Program-made: the position numbers and the translations under genes | Assembly: GCA_964016885.1 (NCBI GenBank) | Contig: OZ024755.1 | Coordinates: 27,094,001 to 27,158,000 of the forward strand | Reading direction: 5' to 3' | Source: Eledone cirrhosa | Taxonomy: Eukaryota | Length of the DNA stretch: 64,000 nucleotides | The notes under the pieces: generated by a model | What the model saw: the letters and a program-made list of their open reading frames with translations, nothing else | Told to the model about the DNA's origin: nothing | Database searches by the model: none | In this document: one piece after another, positions 63,886-64,000 of the stretch | How the letters are laid out: every line of letters begins with the position of its first letter | How positions within the stretch are numbered: the stretch's first letter is position 1

Positions 63886-64000
63886 TTAATCCTTTACCAT
63901 TTACATAACCCCATATATATATACTCTTGTATTTCACAGTAAAGGCTTTATCTTACATAATTATCTCACATAATATCGAATATATGATTTTTGATGTTAT
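63886..64000. mobile_element. piggyBac-type MITE running off the window end
   Basis: Degenerate left TIR and family body. Confidence 0.68.

Overview
Eukaryotic, AT-rich, repeat-dense animal DNA. The repeat landscape suggests a coleoid cephalopod such as Octopus, which is an inference. The only protein-coding gene I can support is WDFY3 (Alfy/blue cheese) on the + strand. Fifteen GT-AG exons between 43027 and 63855 splice in frame (2186 nt, about 728 codons) and match the N-terminal armadillo-like region of WDFY3. The start-codon exon is not visible, so the first 43 kb is probably one large intron. The rest is microsatellites and transposons: tRNA-derived SINEs, 3' ends of RTE-like and CRE-like LINEs, a TTAA-flanked piggyBac-type MITE (about 17 copies), and hAT and Tc1/mariner MITEs. 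Minisatellites have grown out of a LINE 3' UTR (49 bp x23, 47 bp x~33 with an 8-mer higher-order repeat, 112 bp x4). The most notable signal is a set of hammerhead-ribozyme motifs in short elements next to (TA)n tracts. Two apparently intact tandem minimal type I hammerheads lie on the WDFY3 sense strand (cores at 38349 and 38610, predicted cuts 261 nt apart). Several fold-back palindromes carry complete or partial hammerheads (about 16.9, 17.2, 28.3 and 28.9 kb), which fits Penelope-like or retrozyme elements. All structures were derived by eye and none is experimentally verified.
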